The notes under the pieces were generated by a model. The model was given only the letters and a program-made list of their open reading frames with translations, was not told the DNA's origin and made no database searches. This document shows positions 41,089 through 53,465 of a stretch of 64,000 nt of DNA, in pieces (the first letter of the stretch is position 1; each line of letters opens with the position of its first letter). Source of the stretch: an uncultured Planctomycetota bacterium (GTDB lineage: Bacteria > Planctomycetota > Planctomycetia > Isosphaerales > Isosphaeraceae); the NCBI GenBank assembly GCA_963823665.1, contig CAWGMQ010000005.1, positions 1,664,001 to 1,728,000 on the forward strand. Reading direction: 5' to 3'. The position numbers and the translations under genes were made by a program.

Positions 41089-41334
41089 ATGCTTGCCCCG
41101 TTCTTCGTCAACCTGCTGGTATGGTGTGTCCTGATGTTGTTTGTCGGCTGGGCCTTGGATCTCGTCCACGGCTGGATCGATTCAGCGCGCCATGACGTCT
41201 CGCTTCCAACCCGGCGGCACCCGGGCCGGCCGGCTCACCGATTCAATTCGCAAGTATCGGTTTGCGTGGGGTGCGACATTTCCGGTAATTCACTGCTCCG
41301 TTCAGGGATGACCAAAGGCCGGGAGAATGCATAA
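41089..41334 (+). CDS. Small TM protein with CxxC
   Basis: RBS AAGGAG; one TM helix; CVGC. Confidence 0.45.
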   Translation: MLAPFFVNLLVWCVLMLFVGWALDLVHGWIDSARHDVSLPTRRHPGRPAHRFNSQVSVCVGCDISGNSLLRSGMTKGRENA

Positions 41335-41403
41335 AATAGGATGAGAGGGCGGCGTCCACCGTAAACAAATCCCTCGACGTCGGCCTTGATCCTGGATTCG
41401 ATT

Positions 41404-42006
41404 ATGTCACGGCCCCCCAGCGGCAAGCAGAACGGGTTTCATGATCCGTCGCGCAGGTTTCGATTCGACGACTTCGGAACCGCTGCGGGCAGCCACCGGT
41501 CCGACGGTTTAATCACGGCAGAGGCTGGGCGAGGCCATTCCGGCCGGAGGTTTGTCGTTGTCGCGGTGGTGGTGATCCTTCTCACCTGGGGCGGTTTGTA
41601 CCTTGCCTTCCAGCGATGGCGGGCAGCCTATCGTGAGCGCGCTGCCTGGGGGGCATCCCATGTCGTTTCGGCGATCGATCCGCTCAAGGAAATTGTGCCG
41701 CCCGGCGTTGACCGGGCAGTCTGGCGCAACGCGGTCGATGAGACCCACGCCATGCTCTTGACCGTGGTCGCGTCGAATCTGCTCGATCTCCACGAGATGG
41801 AAAAGCTCCGCCTCGAGCTCGACCAGTTCGTTTCGCGGGTTCGAGCCCACCCGGAAACGGCCCAAACCGAGCTGGCCGCCATCTGGAACACTCTGGCCGA
41901 CCGCGCCGAATTCTTGTTCCAGGATGGCAAGGATCCAACCCGGGATCGCCACGTGCGGCCCAAGATCCTCCCTCCCAGGCCGGCGAAGACAGCGGCGGCG
42001 CAATAG
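41404..42006 (+). CDS. Hypothetical single-TM protein
   Basis: TM segment followed by a helical domain; coding codon pattern. Confidence 0.7.
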   Translation: MSRPPSGKQNGFHDPSRRFRFDDFGTAAGSHRSDGLITAEAGRGHSGRRFVVVAVVVILLTWGGLYLAFQRWRAAYRERAAWGASHVVSAIDPLKEIVPPGVDRAVWRNAVDETHAMLLTVVASNLLDLHEMEKLRLELDQFVSRVRAHPETAQTELAAIWNTLADRAEFLFQDGKDPTRDRHVRPKILPPRPAKTAAAQ

Positions 42007-42021
42007 ATTCCTCCACGCGGA

Positions 42022-43019
42022 CTATCCTTCCCCCTCTCCCGCCGGGAGAGGGCCGGGGTGAGGGTCTTCGTGCCTGCGGACGGTTATTTCCGCCGTTCCG
42101 GGGAGCCCTCCCGGAAGATTGCCAAAGCGGTCGCGAAGAGCGCGGGCCAGTTCCACGAACGCCGTGACTTCCAGCGCCTCGGCGCGAAGCTGCCCGTTCT
42201 GCCCTCGCGACTCGAGCCAGCGATCGACGTCGGCTTTGGACCACAAGTGGGGCCAGATCTCCGCCAAGGCGTGCCGCACGTATTTGCGCCGGTGCAAGAA
42301 AAGACGGCGCACGAGAGCGTGAAATCCGGCTACGTCAACGACGGTCGCCCGTTTCAGGGGATCGGGCCTGATGGCGACCACCGCCGAATCAACCTTCGGC
42401 CGCGGCCAGAACACCGAAGGCGGCAGCGCCCGAACGATCGAGACATCGGCGAGCGCTTGCACCACGACCGAGACCGACCCGTATGCCGGGCTTGCCGGCG
42501 CAGCGCACAGCCGATCGGCCATTTCCCGTTGAATCGTGACCACGAAGAGCGCCGGGCACAGTTCCGGGTGGATCAGCAGGTTCGAGATCAGCGGAGTTGC
42601 CACATGGTAGGGCAAGTTTGCCACGACCTTGAACGGGCGTTCGTTACCTGCCGCGAGTGCCTGCCGCACGTTGTCGAGGACCGTCGGATGAATGGTGTGC
42701 TTCCCCGCAAGCGCATCAAGGTGAAGCACCCGCACGTTCGGGAGCCCACTGACGGATTGGGCCGTCAGCCTGGCCATCGCCGGATCGACGTCGACGGCGA
42801 TCACCGTCGCCCCGCGCGCTGCCAGAAGCGTGGTCAATGCCCCTGCGCCGATCCAATCTCCAGGATCACGTCCGCGGCACTCACTTCCGCGGCACTGACG
42901 ATCAATTCGTGGATATTGAGATCAATCAGGAAATTCTGGCCCAGTCGCCGCTGGGGAGAGATCCCGAGCCCGGCAAACAGTCCTCGCAGATACGTTTGCG
43001 TTTGACGTACAGGCGCCAT
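42022..43019 (-). CDS. rsmA: 16S rRNA m6,2A dimethyltransferase (frameshift near 42845)
   Basis: LGQNFLID, ILEIG, VANLPY, QREMADRL, FWPRPKVDS. Confidence 0.92.
42028..42064. repeat. REP-like palindrome between convergent genes
   Basis: ccccctctccc-gcc-gggagagggccggggtgaggg. Confidence 0.75.
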
Positions 43020-43020
43020 T

Positions 43021-43612
43021 TCACCCCAGTAATTTCTGCACATGCTTGGCGAGCATATCGACCTCGATGTTCACGCGGTCTCCCACTGCGCTTGCCCCGA
43101 GGGTCGTCATCCGGAGCGTGTGGGGAATGAGCATCACGGAAAACGCGGCAATCCCGACGTCGACCAGGGTCAGGCTGATGCCATCGACGGCGATCGAGCC
43201 CTTTTGCACCATCAATTTCGTCCAGCTCGGATCGACGTCGAATGCCAGGAATTCCCAATCTCCCTGGCGGCGCCGTTCCTGGAGGACGGCCGTGGTGTCG
43301 ATGTGGCCTTGAACAAAGTGGCCGCCCAGCCGGTCGCCCACCTTGAGAGCCCGTTCGAGATTGACCAGGTCGCCGGACTCTCGGTCGTTCAGGTTCGTAC
43401 GCTTGAGGGTCTCTGGCCCGGCCTGAACGTCGAACTCCGTGCCGGAGCATCGGATGGCCGTGAGGCAGCAGCCGTTCACCGCGATGCTTTCGCCCATTTT
43501 GATCGGGTCGAGGTCCGGGAGGCTCCGGCCAGACAATGCTGATTCGTCGACCGTCGTGCTCGTCGCTCACTCTTTCGATGCGGCCCAGCGCTTCGACAAG
43601 TCCCGTAAACAC
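43021..43612 (-). CDS. ribE: Riboflavin synthase alpha chain (frameshift near 43525)
   Basis: GTG-FTGLVE start, GESIAVNGCCLT, VNLERAL, GGHFVQGHID, KGSIAVDGISLT. Confidence 0.93.
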
Positions 43613-43729
43613 CCGCGGCCCTCCTCGTTTAGCTTGACCTGCACTATGGTAGCAAGGTATGAAGCGGGTTAGAATCGAGCGTTCGTGACGACTGACAACT
43701 AAAAACTCAGCAACGCGGAGATCAACGTC

Positions 43730-44650
43730 ATGACAGGCCACGTGAATCGGCGCGACTTCATGGTCAAGACGGCCGCTGCCACGACCGCCGTGGTGGCCAC
43801 AGTTTCGGACGCTTCCGCTTTCGCGGCCCCGGGGCTGACCGGCCGCGGCCGGACGGCCTTGCCCAAGACCCCGACAGACCTCGTCACGCTCGGCAAGACC
43901 GGTATCCAGGTCTCCTTGATCGGCATGGGAACCGGCAGCGTCGGCAGTGGTCAGGCGAGCAACCAGACACGACTCGGCGTGGAGGGCTTCAAACGCGTCG
44001 TCCGGCACGCGCTCGATCATGGCATACGATTTTTCGACGTCGCCGACCAGTACGGCTCGCACGTCTACCTTCGGGAGGCGCTCAAGGGCGTGCCGCGGGA
44101 CCAGTACGTCATTCAGACCAAGACCCACGCGACAAATCTTGCCGATGCCCGCAGCCACCTCGAGCGCTACCGGCTCGAACTGGGCGTAGATTACATCGAC
44201 ATCGTCCTGCTGCACTGCATGACGAAAACGGGGTGGCCACACGACCATCAGGGCTCGATGGAATACCTGATGAAGGCCAAGGAAGAAAAGATCATCCGGG
44301 CGCATGGCACGAGTTGCCACGGCATGGATCCGTTACGCACGTCGGCCAAGACTTCCTTCGTCGAAGTCGACCTGGCGCGCATCAATCCGGAAGGGCTGAT
44401 CATGGATGGCAAGAAGCCGGATGAGGTCGTCTCGGTGCTGGAGGAGATGCATAACGCCGGCAAAGGCGTGATCGGGATGAAAATCCTCGGTGAGGGGCAA
44501 ATCAACACCCCGGAGCGAAAAGACGCATCATTGCGCTACGTACTCGGCCTGGGCACGGTCGACGCGTTCATCATCGGCTTTCAGGCAACAGAACAGGTCG
44601 ACGACATCCTGAAGCGAACCGGAGATGCGATCGCGTTCTTGAAGGGCTGA
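43730..44650 (+). CDS. Aldo/keto reductase with Tat signal
   Basis: NRRDF; LGKTG..VS.IGMG; FDVADQYG; DYIDIVLLH. Confidence 0.9.
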   Translation: MTGHVNRRDFMVKTAAATTAVVATVSDASAFAAPGLTGRGRTALPKTPTDLVTLGKTGIQVSLIGMGTGSVGSGQASNQTRLGVEGFKRVVRHALDHGIRFFDVADQYGSHVYLREALKGVPRDQYVIQTKTHATNLADARSHLERYRLELGVDYIDIVLLHCMTKTGWPHDHQGSMEYLMKAKEEKIIRAHGTSCHGMDPLRTSAKTSFVEVDLARINPEGLIMDGKKPDEVVSVLEEMHNAGKGVIGMKILGEGQINTPERKDASLRYVLGLGTVDAFIIGFQATEQVDDILKRTGDAIAFLKG

Positions 44651-44656
44651 TTTCGA

Positions 44657-44842
44657 TCAGTGATCGTGGCGGTCCACGTCGTGGTGGTGTGCTCCGATCT
44701 CGCGACAGGTCACACATGCTGGCCCGTGCTCGCTCCCCGTTGCCGCGTCAACATAGTCGGATACCTGGGGCATAACGTAGATCACCCCACCTACCACCAA
44801 GATCATCGCTAACCAGACTAACGTGTCCCGTACCTGTCGCAT
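44657..44842 (-). CDS. Small TM protein with CxxC and His-rich tail
   Basis: RBS GGGAGG; TM helix; CVTC; HHHDVDRHDH. Confidence 0.55.
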   Translation of the reverse strand: MRQVRDTLVWLAMILVVGGVIYVMPQVSDYVDAATGSEHGPACVTCREIGAHHHDVDRHDH

Positions 44843-45306
44843 AACAGATCGCCTCCCCCTGAGCTATTGGGTGAAGCAGACAGCTATCGCGTCGTCTTCG
44901 AAAGATCGCCACGGATTTCGCGGTCTGCTCCGGATGTCACTCGTGCCGCCCTTTCCGGCAAGAACCAGTCGCTTCCAGAATCGCGCAGCCATGAATGAAC
45001 GCTCGCTTGTGCCATTGCAGGCGCGCCCATGTGGCACCAGACTACGAAGCACTCGCCGCACCGGTGCCATTCGTTATTATTCGGGTTAGCACGACCCTTT
45101 TCGCGAGCTTTGCGCGAGGGGTATCTCAGCAAATCCCTTGCCGTTACAGGCTCACCTCCAGTTCATCCAAGACTGGAATTGCAGGCTCTATTGCGAAGAA
45201 TAGGTGATTTTTCACGTTCTGTCTGCTCCAAATTCCTCTAATAGATGGAACCGACTAACTCCTTCGGTGTGACGAGCCTGACGCAAAAAAACCACGAGAA
45301 ACTCCA

Positions 45307-45777
45307 GTGCAGACCAATGGACCTCTCCGCGCCGGTGACGCCGCCCCCGACTTCACGCTCGCCTCGGCGACCGGTGAAACGGTCAACCTGGCGGATTTCC
45401 GTGGTCGCTGTGAGGTCGTCTTGTTCTTTTATCCCAGGGACAACACCGCCGTCTGTTCGGCCGAGGCCTGTTCGTTCCGCGACAGTTTCCAGGACTTCCA
45501 GGACGCGGGTGCGCAGGTGGTGGGCATCAGTGCCGACTCGGCGGATTCGCACCGGCGATTTGCCGAACGGCTGCATCTACCTTTCCTGCTCCTCAGCGAC
45601 CCCGGCGGTGCCATCCGCGCCCGATTCCGGGTGCCCAGGACGTTTGGTCTCATCCCCGGCCGCACCACATTCTTGATCGACAGGAACGGCATCATCCAGC
45701 GCGTCTTCTCCTCTCAGTTTCAACCGGAAAAGCACGTAACGGAGACCCTGGCCGCCCTGAGGAAACTTCGAGAATGA
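45307..45777 (+). CDS. bcp: Peroxiredoxin BCP/PrxQ
   Basis: [37 protein letters not shown]. Confidence 0.92.
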   Translation: MQTNGPLRAGDAAPDFTLASATGETVNLADFRGRCEVVLFFYPRDNTAVCSAEACSFRDSFQDFQDAGAQVVGISADSADSHRRFAERLHLPFLLLSDPGGAIRARFRVPRTFGLIPGRTTFLIDRNGIIQRVFSSQFQPEKHVTETLAALRKLRE

Positions 45778-46628
45778 ATGCACCACCTCGCCCGTCGTCT
45801 GGTCTCTACATTCACGGAAGCGCGCCGGAAGAGCAGCGACGGCTGTCGCGACTGAACGACCTCCTCAACCAAGACTCGCTGCGTGAGCTTGGCTTGCGCG
45901 GCGGCGAACACATTCTCGATTTTGGGAGCGGAATCGCTCAATTCACACGCGTGATGGCCCGCGCAGCCGGGCCGACCGGACGAGTCATCGGGATCGAACG
46001 GGACCGGGACCAGCTCGAAGAAGCCCGGAGGCAGGCTGCTTCCGAGGGCGAGGCCGACCTGGTCGAGCTCAGACTGGGCGACGCCCTCGACCCACCACTT
46101 CAGCCTGCGGAATGGGGTACGTTTGACCTGGTACACACCCGCTACCTGCTCGAGCACGTCGCCGACCCGCCCGCCGTGGTCCGAACCATGGTTCGCGCTG
46201 CCCGCCCGGGAGGCCGGATCATCCTGGCCGATGACGACCACGACATCCTCCGCCTCTGGCCCGAGCCGCCGGGGCTCGTGCTGCTCTGGCAGGCGTACAT
46301 CCGAAGCTACGACCGGCTTGGCAATGACCCGTATGTTGGTCGCCGTCTCGTCTCGCTGCTGCACGAGGCGGGTGCGATACCGGCTCGGAACAACTGGGTG
46401 TTCTTCGGCGGGTGTGCAGGAACTCCAGCCTTCGTGGATATCGTCGAGAATCTTGCCAGGATCCTGCTCGGAGCACGCGAGGTGATCCTCGCAACCGCCC
46501 ATCTGCCGGAAAAAACGTTCGACGACGCGATCGCCGCCCTGCGTGACTGGAGCACCCGGTCCGACGCGGCTTTCTGGTTCGCAATGTGCGTGGCTGAAGG
46601 CTTCAAACCTACCGTCGAGGCTTTGTGA
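45774..46628 (+). CDS. Class I SAM-dependent methyltransferase
   Basis: [27 protein letters not shown]. Confidence 0.9.
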   Translation: MNAPPRPSSGLYIHGSAPEEQRRLSRLNDLLNQDSLRELGLRGGEHILDFGSGIAQFTRVMARAAGPTGRVIGIERDRDQLEEARRQAASEGEADLVELRLGDALDPPLQPAEWGTFDLVHTRYLLEHVADPPAVVRTMVRAARPGGRIILADDDHDILRLWPEPPGLVLLWQAYIRSYDRLGNDPYVGRRLVSLLHEAGAIPARNNWVFFGGCAGTPAFVDIVENLARILLGAREVILATAHLPEKTFDDAIAALRDWSTRSDAAFWFAMCVAEGFKPTVEAL

Positions 46629-49600
46629 TGAACCGAATTCGTTGCTTGCGGGCACACCGGCTCGCCGCGATTTACCTGCTCCTGGCCGCCGGCATCTCGA
46701 TCCGCACTGAGGCCGGCGAAGTCAAGCTCGACGGCCGCGTGTTCACGATTCCCGAAGGCTTCACAATCGAACGGATTGCCGGTCCGCCACTGATCGAGCG
46801 GCCGATCACAGCCGCATTCGATGACCGGGGGCGGCTCTATGTCGCCGACTCCTCCGGCTCAAATGACAATGTCAAAAAACAGCTTGCGGAAAAGCCGCAT
46901 CGGATCATCCGCCTGGAGGACAGCGACGGCGACGGGCGTTACGACACGAAAACCGTCTTCGCCGACCGCATGATGTTCCCCGAGGGAACCATGTGGCTCG
47001 ACGGCTCCCTTTACGTCGCTGCGCCCCCCTCGATCTGGAAACTGACCGACTCGGATGGCGACGGCGTCGCCGAGGAGCGAGTCGAATGGTTCCACGGCAA
47101 GACCTTGACCGGCTGCGCGAACGACCTGCACGGGCCGTACCCGGGCCCAGACGGCTGGATCTACTGGTGCAAGGGCGCCTTCGCCGAGCAGACGTACGCG
47201 CGGCCGGGCAAGCCGCCGTTCGTGACCCGGGCAGCCCATATCTTCCGGTGCCGGGCCGATGGGTCAGGCATCGAGCCGATCATGACCGGCGGCATGGACA
47301 ACCCTGTCGATGTGGTGTTTACCCCTGGCGGCGAGCCGATCTTCACCACCACCTTCTTCGTGCATCCCGGCGGCGGCCAGCGTGACGGCCTTGTCCACGC
47401 AATCTACGGCGGCATCTACGGAAAGGTGCACGACCCGATCTTCCAGCCGGGCCACAGATGGACCGGACCCGAAGTCATGCCTCCTTTGCTTCACATGGGC
47501 CCGGCCGCGCCGTGCGGACTCACTCGCTACGAGTCTGAGAGTTTCGGCCCGGCCTACAAAGACAATCTCTTCGCTTGCTACTTCAACCTCCACAAGGTTG
47601 GCCGGCACGTCCTGGCGACCTCCGGCTCCACGTTCTCTACCAAGGACGAAGACTTCGTCACCAGCCCTGACCTTGATTTCCACCCGACTGACGTGCTCGA
47701 GGACGCCGACGGAAGCCTGATCGTCGTCGACACCGGCGGCTGGTACAAACTCTGCTGCCCGACCTCGCAGCTCCACAAGCCCGACGTGCTCGGCGCGATT
47801 TATCGAGTCAGGCGGTCCGGTGCGGAGCTCGTACGCGATGCCAGGGGGCGAGCCGTACGCGAGCAGTTGAAAGGTCTCGAGCCGGCTGCGGCCGCGGCAG
47901 AATTCGTCCGGCTACTCGGCGACTCTCGTCCGGCCGTGCAGCGATTCGCAATCGAGTCGCTCGCTGAACCGGCTCGCAAGGGCACCGCTCTCCCTGCGCT
48001 GCGGCAGGCGCTCTTGGCCGATTCGTCCATCACGCTGCGGCGCAACGCAGTCTGGAGTGTGACGCGCGTGGACGATCCCGCTGCGCGAGCGATCGCTCGC
48101 TCCCTGCTCCTCGATCCTGACGAGTCCGTTCGCCAGGCTGCGGCTCATTCGGCGGGTCTCTGGCGCGAGCGCGCCGCCGTGCCCCAGCTCATCAAAATGT
48201 TTGAAGGCACGTCAATGCACAACCGCCGCGCCGCCGCCCAGGCCCTGGGGCGCATCGGCGATAAGACCGCCGTGCCTGCGCTCCTGGCCGCGTCGAGCGC
48301 GCCCAATGACCGCTCGCTCGAGCACTCCATCACGTACGCGCTCGATCGAGATCGCCGATCCCGAATCCGTTGCGTCCGCCCAGAATAGCCAGGATCCGCG
48401 CATCCTCCGGACCGCGCTCGTGGCGATGGACCAGATGGAAGGCGGTCGCCTCGAGGCGTCCAGGATCGCCGGCTTGCTCGCATCAAGCGACCCTGTTCTC
48501 AAGGAGACAGCGAGATGGATCGTCGGCCGCCATCCAGAATGGGCAGGCGCCCTCGCCGGAGTTCTCGGCCGATGGCTCGATCAGTCCGACCTCCCGAGCG
48601 CCGAGCGTGCCGAGCTGGAAAAGCAGCTCGGCCGGCTGGCTCAAGCTGCGCCGATTCAAGAGCTTCTCGCCGATCGATTGAACAGTGCCTCCGCTCCAAG
48701 CGCCGCCCGGCAAAGCAGCCTGCAGGCCATGGCCTGGTCGGGCTTGAATGAAAAACAGGTGCCGCCGGGTTGGATCTCCGGGCTGGCCGCTGTGCTCGAC
48801 GAAAACCCCGCGAGTGTTGAGCTTATTCCGCTGGCAGTGGCGGCCGCTCGCGCCCTGCCCCTGGGCCACACGCGGGCGGGCCGGCTGTCACCGGCCCTGC
48901 TCCGAATCGGCGCCGACGCCAAGAAGGCAGACGAGCTGCGTCTCGGCGCACTGGCTGCCGTGCCCGGAGGCTTGAGTATACCTGATGAGAAGCTTTTCGC
49001 CTTCCTGCTCGGCAAGCTGGCACGCACCGAGACGGTCGCGGGCCGCACCACCGCGGCCGACGTTCTGGCACGAGCCAAACTCAGCCCGGAACAGCTCGGG
49101 CGTCTGGCCGAGACACTGCGTTCTGCCGGGCCCGTCGAGGTTGACCGGTTACTGGCCGCGTTCGAGCAATCGAACGACGAATCACTCGGTCGCAAAGTCG
49201 TGACGGCCCTTTCCGCCTCGCCGGCTCTTTCCAGCCTTCGGACCGACGCGGTCAAGAGCCACCTGGCGAAGTACCCCGCCGCGGTGCAGAAGGAGGTTGA
49301 AGCATTGGTGGCCAAGATCAACGTCGATGCCGCCAAGCAGAAGGCCCAGCTCGAGCAGCTGTTGCCCACGCTGGCTGCCGGCGACATCCGGCGCGGCCAG
49401 CTTGTCTTCCACAGCGAAAAAGCCGCTTGTTATTCGTGCCATGCCATCGGCTATCGCGGCGGAAACGTCGGCCCGGATTTGACGAAGATCGGCTCGGTTC
49501 GATCCGATCGCGACCTGCTCGAGGCGATCGTGTTCCCGAGCGCCAGCCTGGTGCGCAGCTTCGAGCCGATCGCCGTCGCGACGAATGATGGCAAGGTCTA

Positions 49601-49796
49601 TAACGGCCTGCTCCGCGGCGAGACGGCCGACGAGATCCGCCTGGCAACCGGCGTGAATCAGGAGGCCCGGATCGCCCGCCGCGAGATCGACGAAATGCGC
49701 CCCAGCACCGTCTCGATCATGCCCGCCGGCCTCAACCAGCAACTGACCCATCAAGAACTGGCCGATCTGGTCGCTTTCTTGAAAGCGTGTAAATAG
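46628..49796 (+). CDS. PVC-type heme-binding CxxCH protein (frameshift near 48345)
   Basis: Beta-propeller, HEAT repeats, CYSCH, GPDLT.IG, SIMP.GL..DLVAFL. Confidence 0.9.
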
Positions 49797-49844
49797 CGAC
49801 ACAGCGGTGCCGTCGCCATCTTGCCAGCCCGCAAATATGCCGAA

Positions 49845-49860
49845 TGGCATCCCGCTTGCA
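49845..49860 (+). promoter_or_regulatory. Sigma-54 -24/-12 promoter
   Basis: TGGCAT-CCCGC-TTGCA, 129 nt upstream of the EF-hand gene. Confidence 0.6.
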
Positions 49861-49989
49861 AGGGATGGCTCCCTCAAGGCGGCCAGGAAGAGCGACGGCG
49901 GAATCGTATGGTTCCGTCTACAGACTGCTGCCTGACGTTACTCCAGGATGGATTCCCCAGGAGTTCAGATTCAGGAACGGAGAGGATAG

Positions 49990-50922
49990 ATGCGGACACA
50001 ACTCGCGGTGATCGGGACGCTTGCCACCGGACTTACGGTTCTGGCCCCCACTTGGGGCGTTGCGGATGACAAGACAAAGGCCGGAATCGGTCCGATTCAG
50101 AGCATTCAAGATGTGCAAGACACGGCCAAGATGCTCTTCAAGCTTGCCGACACCAATAATGACGGACGTGATTTCTCAGAAGGAAGCGACGGATGCCGGC
50201 AACCTGATGGTCGGCGGTTTTTTCTTTCGAGCTGACGCCAACGGCGACGGCAACTTGAGCCGCGACGAAGCTCCAGCAGGCTCGCGATAACCTGTTTGCC
50301 CAGCAGCCTCTGCTCAAGCTGGTGCTGGATAAGGCCAAGCCCGCGAACGATGTGCAGACCAACGCGCCGCAGGCCGGCCAGCCGACCGGTGACAAGGCAA
50401 CGACCGTCAAGCAATCTCGCGGCGGACCCGGCAGGAACGATCGGAAGTCTGCTCGACACCAATCACGATCAGATCATCCAGGCGGCTGAAGTGCGGCAGG
50501 CCGTCCAGTCGGGCGTGCAGGCCCTCTTCACTGTGGCCGACACCAATCAGGATGGCCAGTTGACGCCCTACGAGCTCAACGCGGCCGTTAGCGAGGTCGC
50601 CAAGTCGGCCGTCCAGACCGTCTTCCAGGCAGCCGACACAGACCGGAACGGCCAGCTCAGCATGGCCGAATACGACAAGGCCCTCTCCGAGCCGGCCCAC
50701 TCGCTGTTCCGGGTGATCGACGCCGACAACAACAACCAGATCTCGCTGGCCGAGCTCCAGCGAGCCGAGCAGATTCTCGCCGACCAGCTCATGCGACTTC
50801 GCGTGCCAGAACCGCCAAACTCGCTGTCACATCCGGCGCAACCCGGAGCGAGCCCGACGTCGCCGGTCACGCAGGCGCCCAGCACTTCCGCAGGCTCGAG
50901 TGCCGTCGCGACACCTCGATAA
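49990..50922 (+). CDS. Secreted EF-hand protein (several frameshifts 50170-50410)
   Basis: Signal peptide; DTNNDG, DANGDGNLS, DTNHD, DTNQDGQLT, DTDRNGQLS, DADNNNQIS loops. Confidence 0.82.
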
Positions 50923-51079
50923 ACCTTGAAGCACCGGCAGCGCACGCCGACGGTCGTTTCTCAAAAGGAAGCGACCGGTCAGGACACCCTCTCGCTCCAA
51001 CATTCTGGTGGTGCGAAAAGGGTGTCTTTTTTTCGCGCTGCGCCCATAATCAGCGAACAGACCTTTGAGGGAAGTCAGT

Positions 51080-51472
51080 ATGACCAAACCCCGCGTCGAC
51101 GACCGCCGGCTCGAGCGGCTCATCGCGATTTGCCTCGCCCTGCCCGAGGCCCAGCAAGAGCGGATGGGCGACCACGCCGCCTTTTCGGTTCGGAAGAAGA
51201 AGTTCGCCTATTATCTCGATAGTCACCACAGCGACGGCATCGTCTCCGTCTGTTTCAAGACCGAACGTGGCCAAAATGAGGTCCTTCTTGCGGCGGACCA
51301 GACGCGGTTTTACAGCCCCGCCTACATCGGACCCAGAGGTTGGGTCGGCTTGCGTCTCGACGTCGGCAAGATTGACTGGTCAGAAGTCGCGGATTTCGTC
51401 GTCGACAGTTACCGGCTCACAGCCCCAAAATCCCTGGCCGCCCAGATCACAACCGACAACTTAGCACCATGA
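51080..51472 (+). CDS. MmcQ/YjbR family protein
   Basis: CLALPEA, F.VRKKKFA, PAYIGPRGWVGL, V.DSYRL.AP. Confidence 0.88.
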   Translation: MTKPRVDDRRLERLIAICLALPEAQQERMGDHAAFSVRKKKFAYYLDSHHSDGIVSVCFKTERGQNEVLLAADQTRFYSPAYIGPRGWVGLRLDVGKIDWSEVADFVVDSYRLTAPKSLAAQITTDNLAP

Positions 51473-52367
51473 AAATCTCCGCCTTCCCGAAGTGCTACAT
51501 CGACCAGATCGCCGGCGATCGCACGATGTCCGTCTTCGACTGGATCAAGCAGGCACGCTCGCTCGATGCCGACGGTCTGGAAATGTACGACGGGTTCTTC
51601 ACGAGTCTGGAGCCCGCCTATCTCGACCAGGTGCGCGACGCGATCTCCAGTGCGGGCTTCGCGATGCCGATGCTCTGCTGCTCGCCGGATTTCACGAATC
51701 CCGATGCCGACGCGCGAAAGCGGGCCGTCGATCGCCAGGCGACATTGATCACGGTGGCGAAGCGGCTGGGAGGCTCCCGCGCACGGTTTGCCGGGTTCTT
51801 TCCGGCCAGCGCTATCCAGAAGTCGATCGAAAACAGGGGCTGGAATGGGTCGCCGATTGCATCAATCAGTCGCTGGCCGTCGCGCGTGAGCACGACATCG
51901 TTCTGGGGCTCGAGAACCACTACAAGGACAGCTTCTGGAAGTATCCCGAATTCGCTCAGAAGATGGATGTCTTCCTCGAGCTGCTGGAGATGATCCCGGA
52001 TCGAGATCACTTCGGCGTGCAGTATGACCCATCAAACGCCATCGTCGCCGGTGACGATCCGATCGCTCTTCTGCGTGCGGTGGCCGGCCGCGTGGTCAGC
52101 ATGCACGCCAGCGACCGGTATCTGGCCGAAGGAGCGACCCTGGACGACCTGCGACAGACCGACGGCACGCTCGGCTATTCGCCCAGATCTGCGTCACGGT
52201 GTCACGGGCAAGGGGCTCAACGATTATCACGCGATCTTCCGGATCCTTGCCGAGCATCGAGTACCGAGGCTGGATCAGCATCGAAGATGGCATGAACGGA
52301 ATGGAGGAAATGGCCGAGTCGCTCGAATTCCTGCAGGCGCATGAGCGCGACCTACTTTCCAGATTGA
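51469..52367 (+). CDS. Sugar phosphate isomerase/epimerase TIM barrel (multiple frameshifts)
   Basis: LENHYKD, QYDPSN, MHASDR, GWISIED spread over successive frames. Confidence 0.82.
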
Positions 52368-52378
52368 GATCAGCATGG

Positions 52379-53465
52379 ATGGACCAGTTGCGGACGGCTC
52401 TGGTGGGCTGCGGCAAGGTCGGCCAGACTCACGCCCAGGCCCTCTCCAGCCTGCCCGAATCGGAATTCGTCGCCGTCTGTGACGTCGACTTCGACCGTGC
52501 TCAAGCCTTCGCAACTCGCTTCGGTGCGCGACCGTTCGACGACATCAGTCGGATGCTCGCGAGAAAGCCGCCTCGACGTCCTTTGTATCGCCACGCCGCA
52601 CCCGCTGCACGCTGAACCCGCCATTGCGGCCGCCTCTGCCGGCGTGCACGTACTTGTGGAAAAGCCGCTGGCTGCGAGCCTTTCCGATTGCGACGCGATG
52701 CTCGCCTCCGCGTACGAGGGCAAGACTAAGCTGGGCGTCATCAGCCAGCGCCGATGGTACGAGCCTGTGAGACGCATGAAAGACGCGATTGACGCGGGCA
52801 AGATCGGCCGGCCGGTCCTGGGTACCTTCTCCATGTATAGCTGGCGCGATCCGGCGTACTACCGCTCTGATCCCTGGCGCGGCCGCTGGGATACCGAGGG
52901 CGGCGGCGTACTCGTCAACCAGTCGCCCCACATGCTGGATCTGCTCCTCTGGCTGATGGACGACGACGTGGCCGAGGTCAGCGGCTACTGGGCGAACTTG
53001 AATCACCCCACCGTGGAGGTCGAGGATAGCGCCGTCGCGATCCTTCGGTTTCGCCGGGGCGGCCTGGGCTCGATCGTGGCCAGCCTGTCGCAAAAACCGG
53101 GAATTCATACCAAAGTGCACATTCACGGGTCTTCGGGCGCATCGGTTGGCGTTGAAACCGACCGTGGTGCCACGTTCATCGCTGGAGTCTCGGCCATCTC
53201 GGAACCACCGCTCAATGACATGTGGACGATCCCGGGAGAGGAGGCAGAACTCCCGCGATTTCAGGCCGAAGACCGTGCCCGATTCCAGACGATCGATGCG
53301 GCCTACCACTACCATGCCCTGCAAATCCATGACTTCCTCCGAGCGGTGATCGAAGATCGGCCTCCGCTCGTTACCGGAAAGGACGGCCGCCGCGTCGTTG
53401 CCTTGTTCCAGGCCATTTTCCAGTCTAACCGCGAGGGTCGTTCGGTCAAGCCTGCCGCCGATTGA
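52379..53465 (+). CDS. Gfo/Idh/MocA oxidoreductase (frameshift near 52560)
   Basis: ALVGCGKVG, IATPHPLH, VLVEKP, GGGVLVNQSPH. Confidence 0.9.

Noticed and set aside
42926..44320. 464-aa minus-strand ORF
   Set aside because: Antisense of the aldo/keto reductase joined to the true ribE N-terminus, then running off frame after the frameshift
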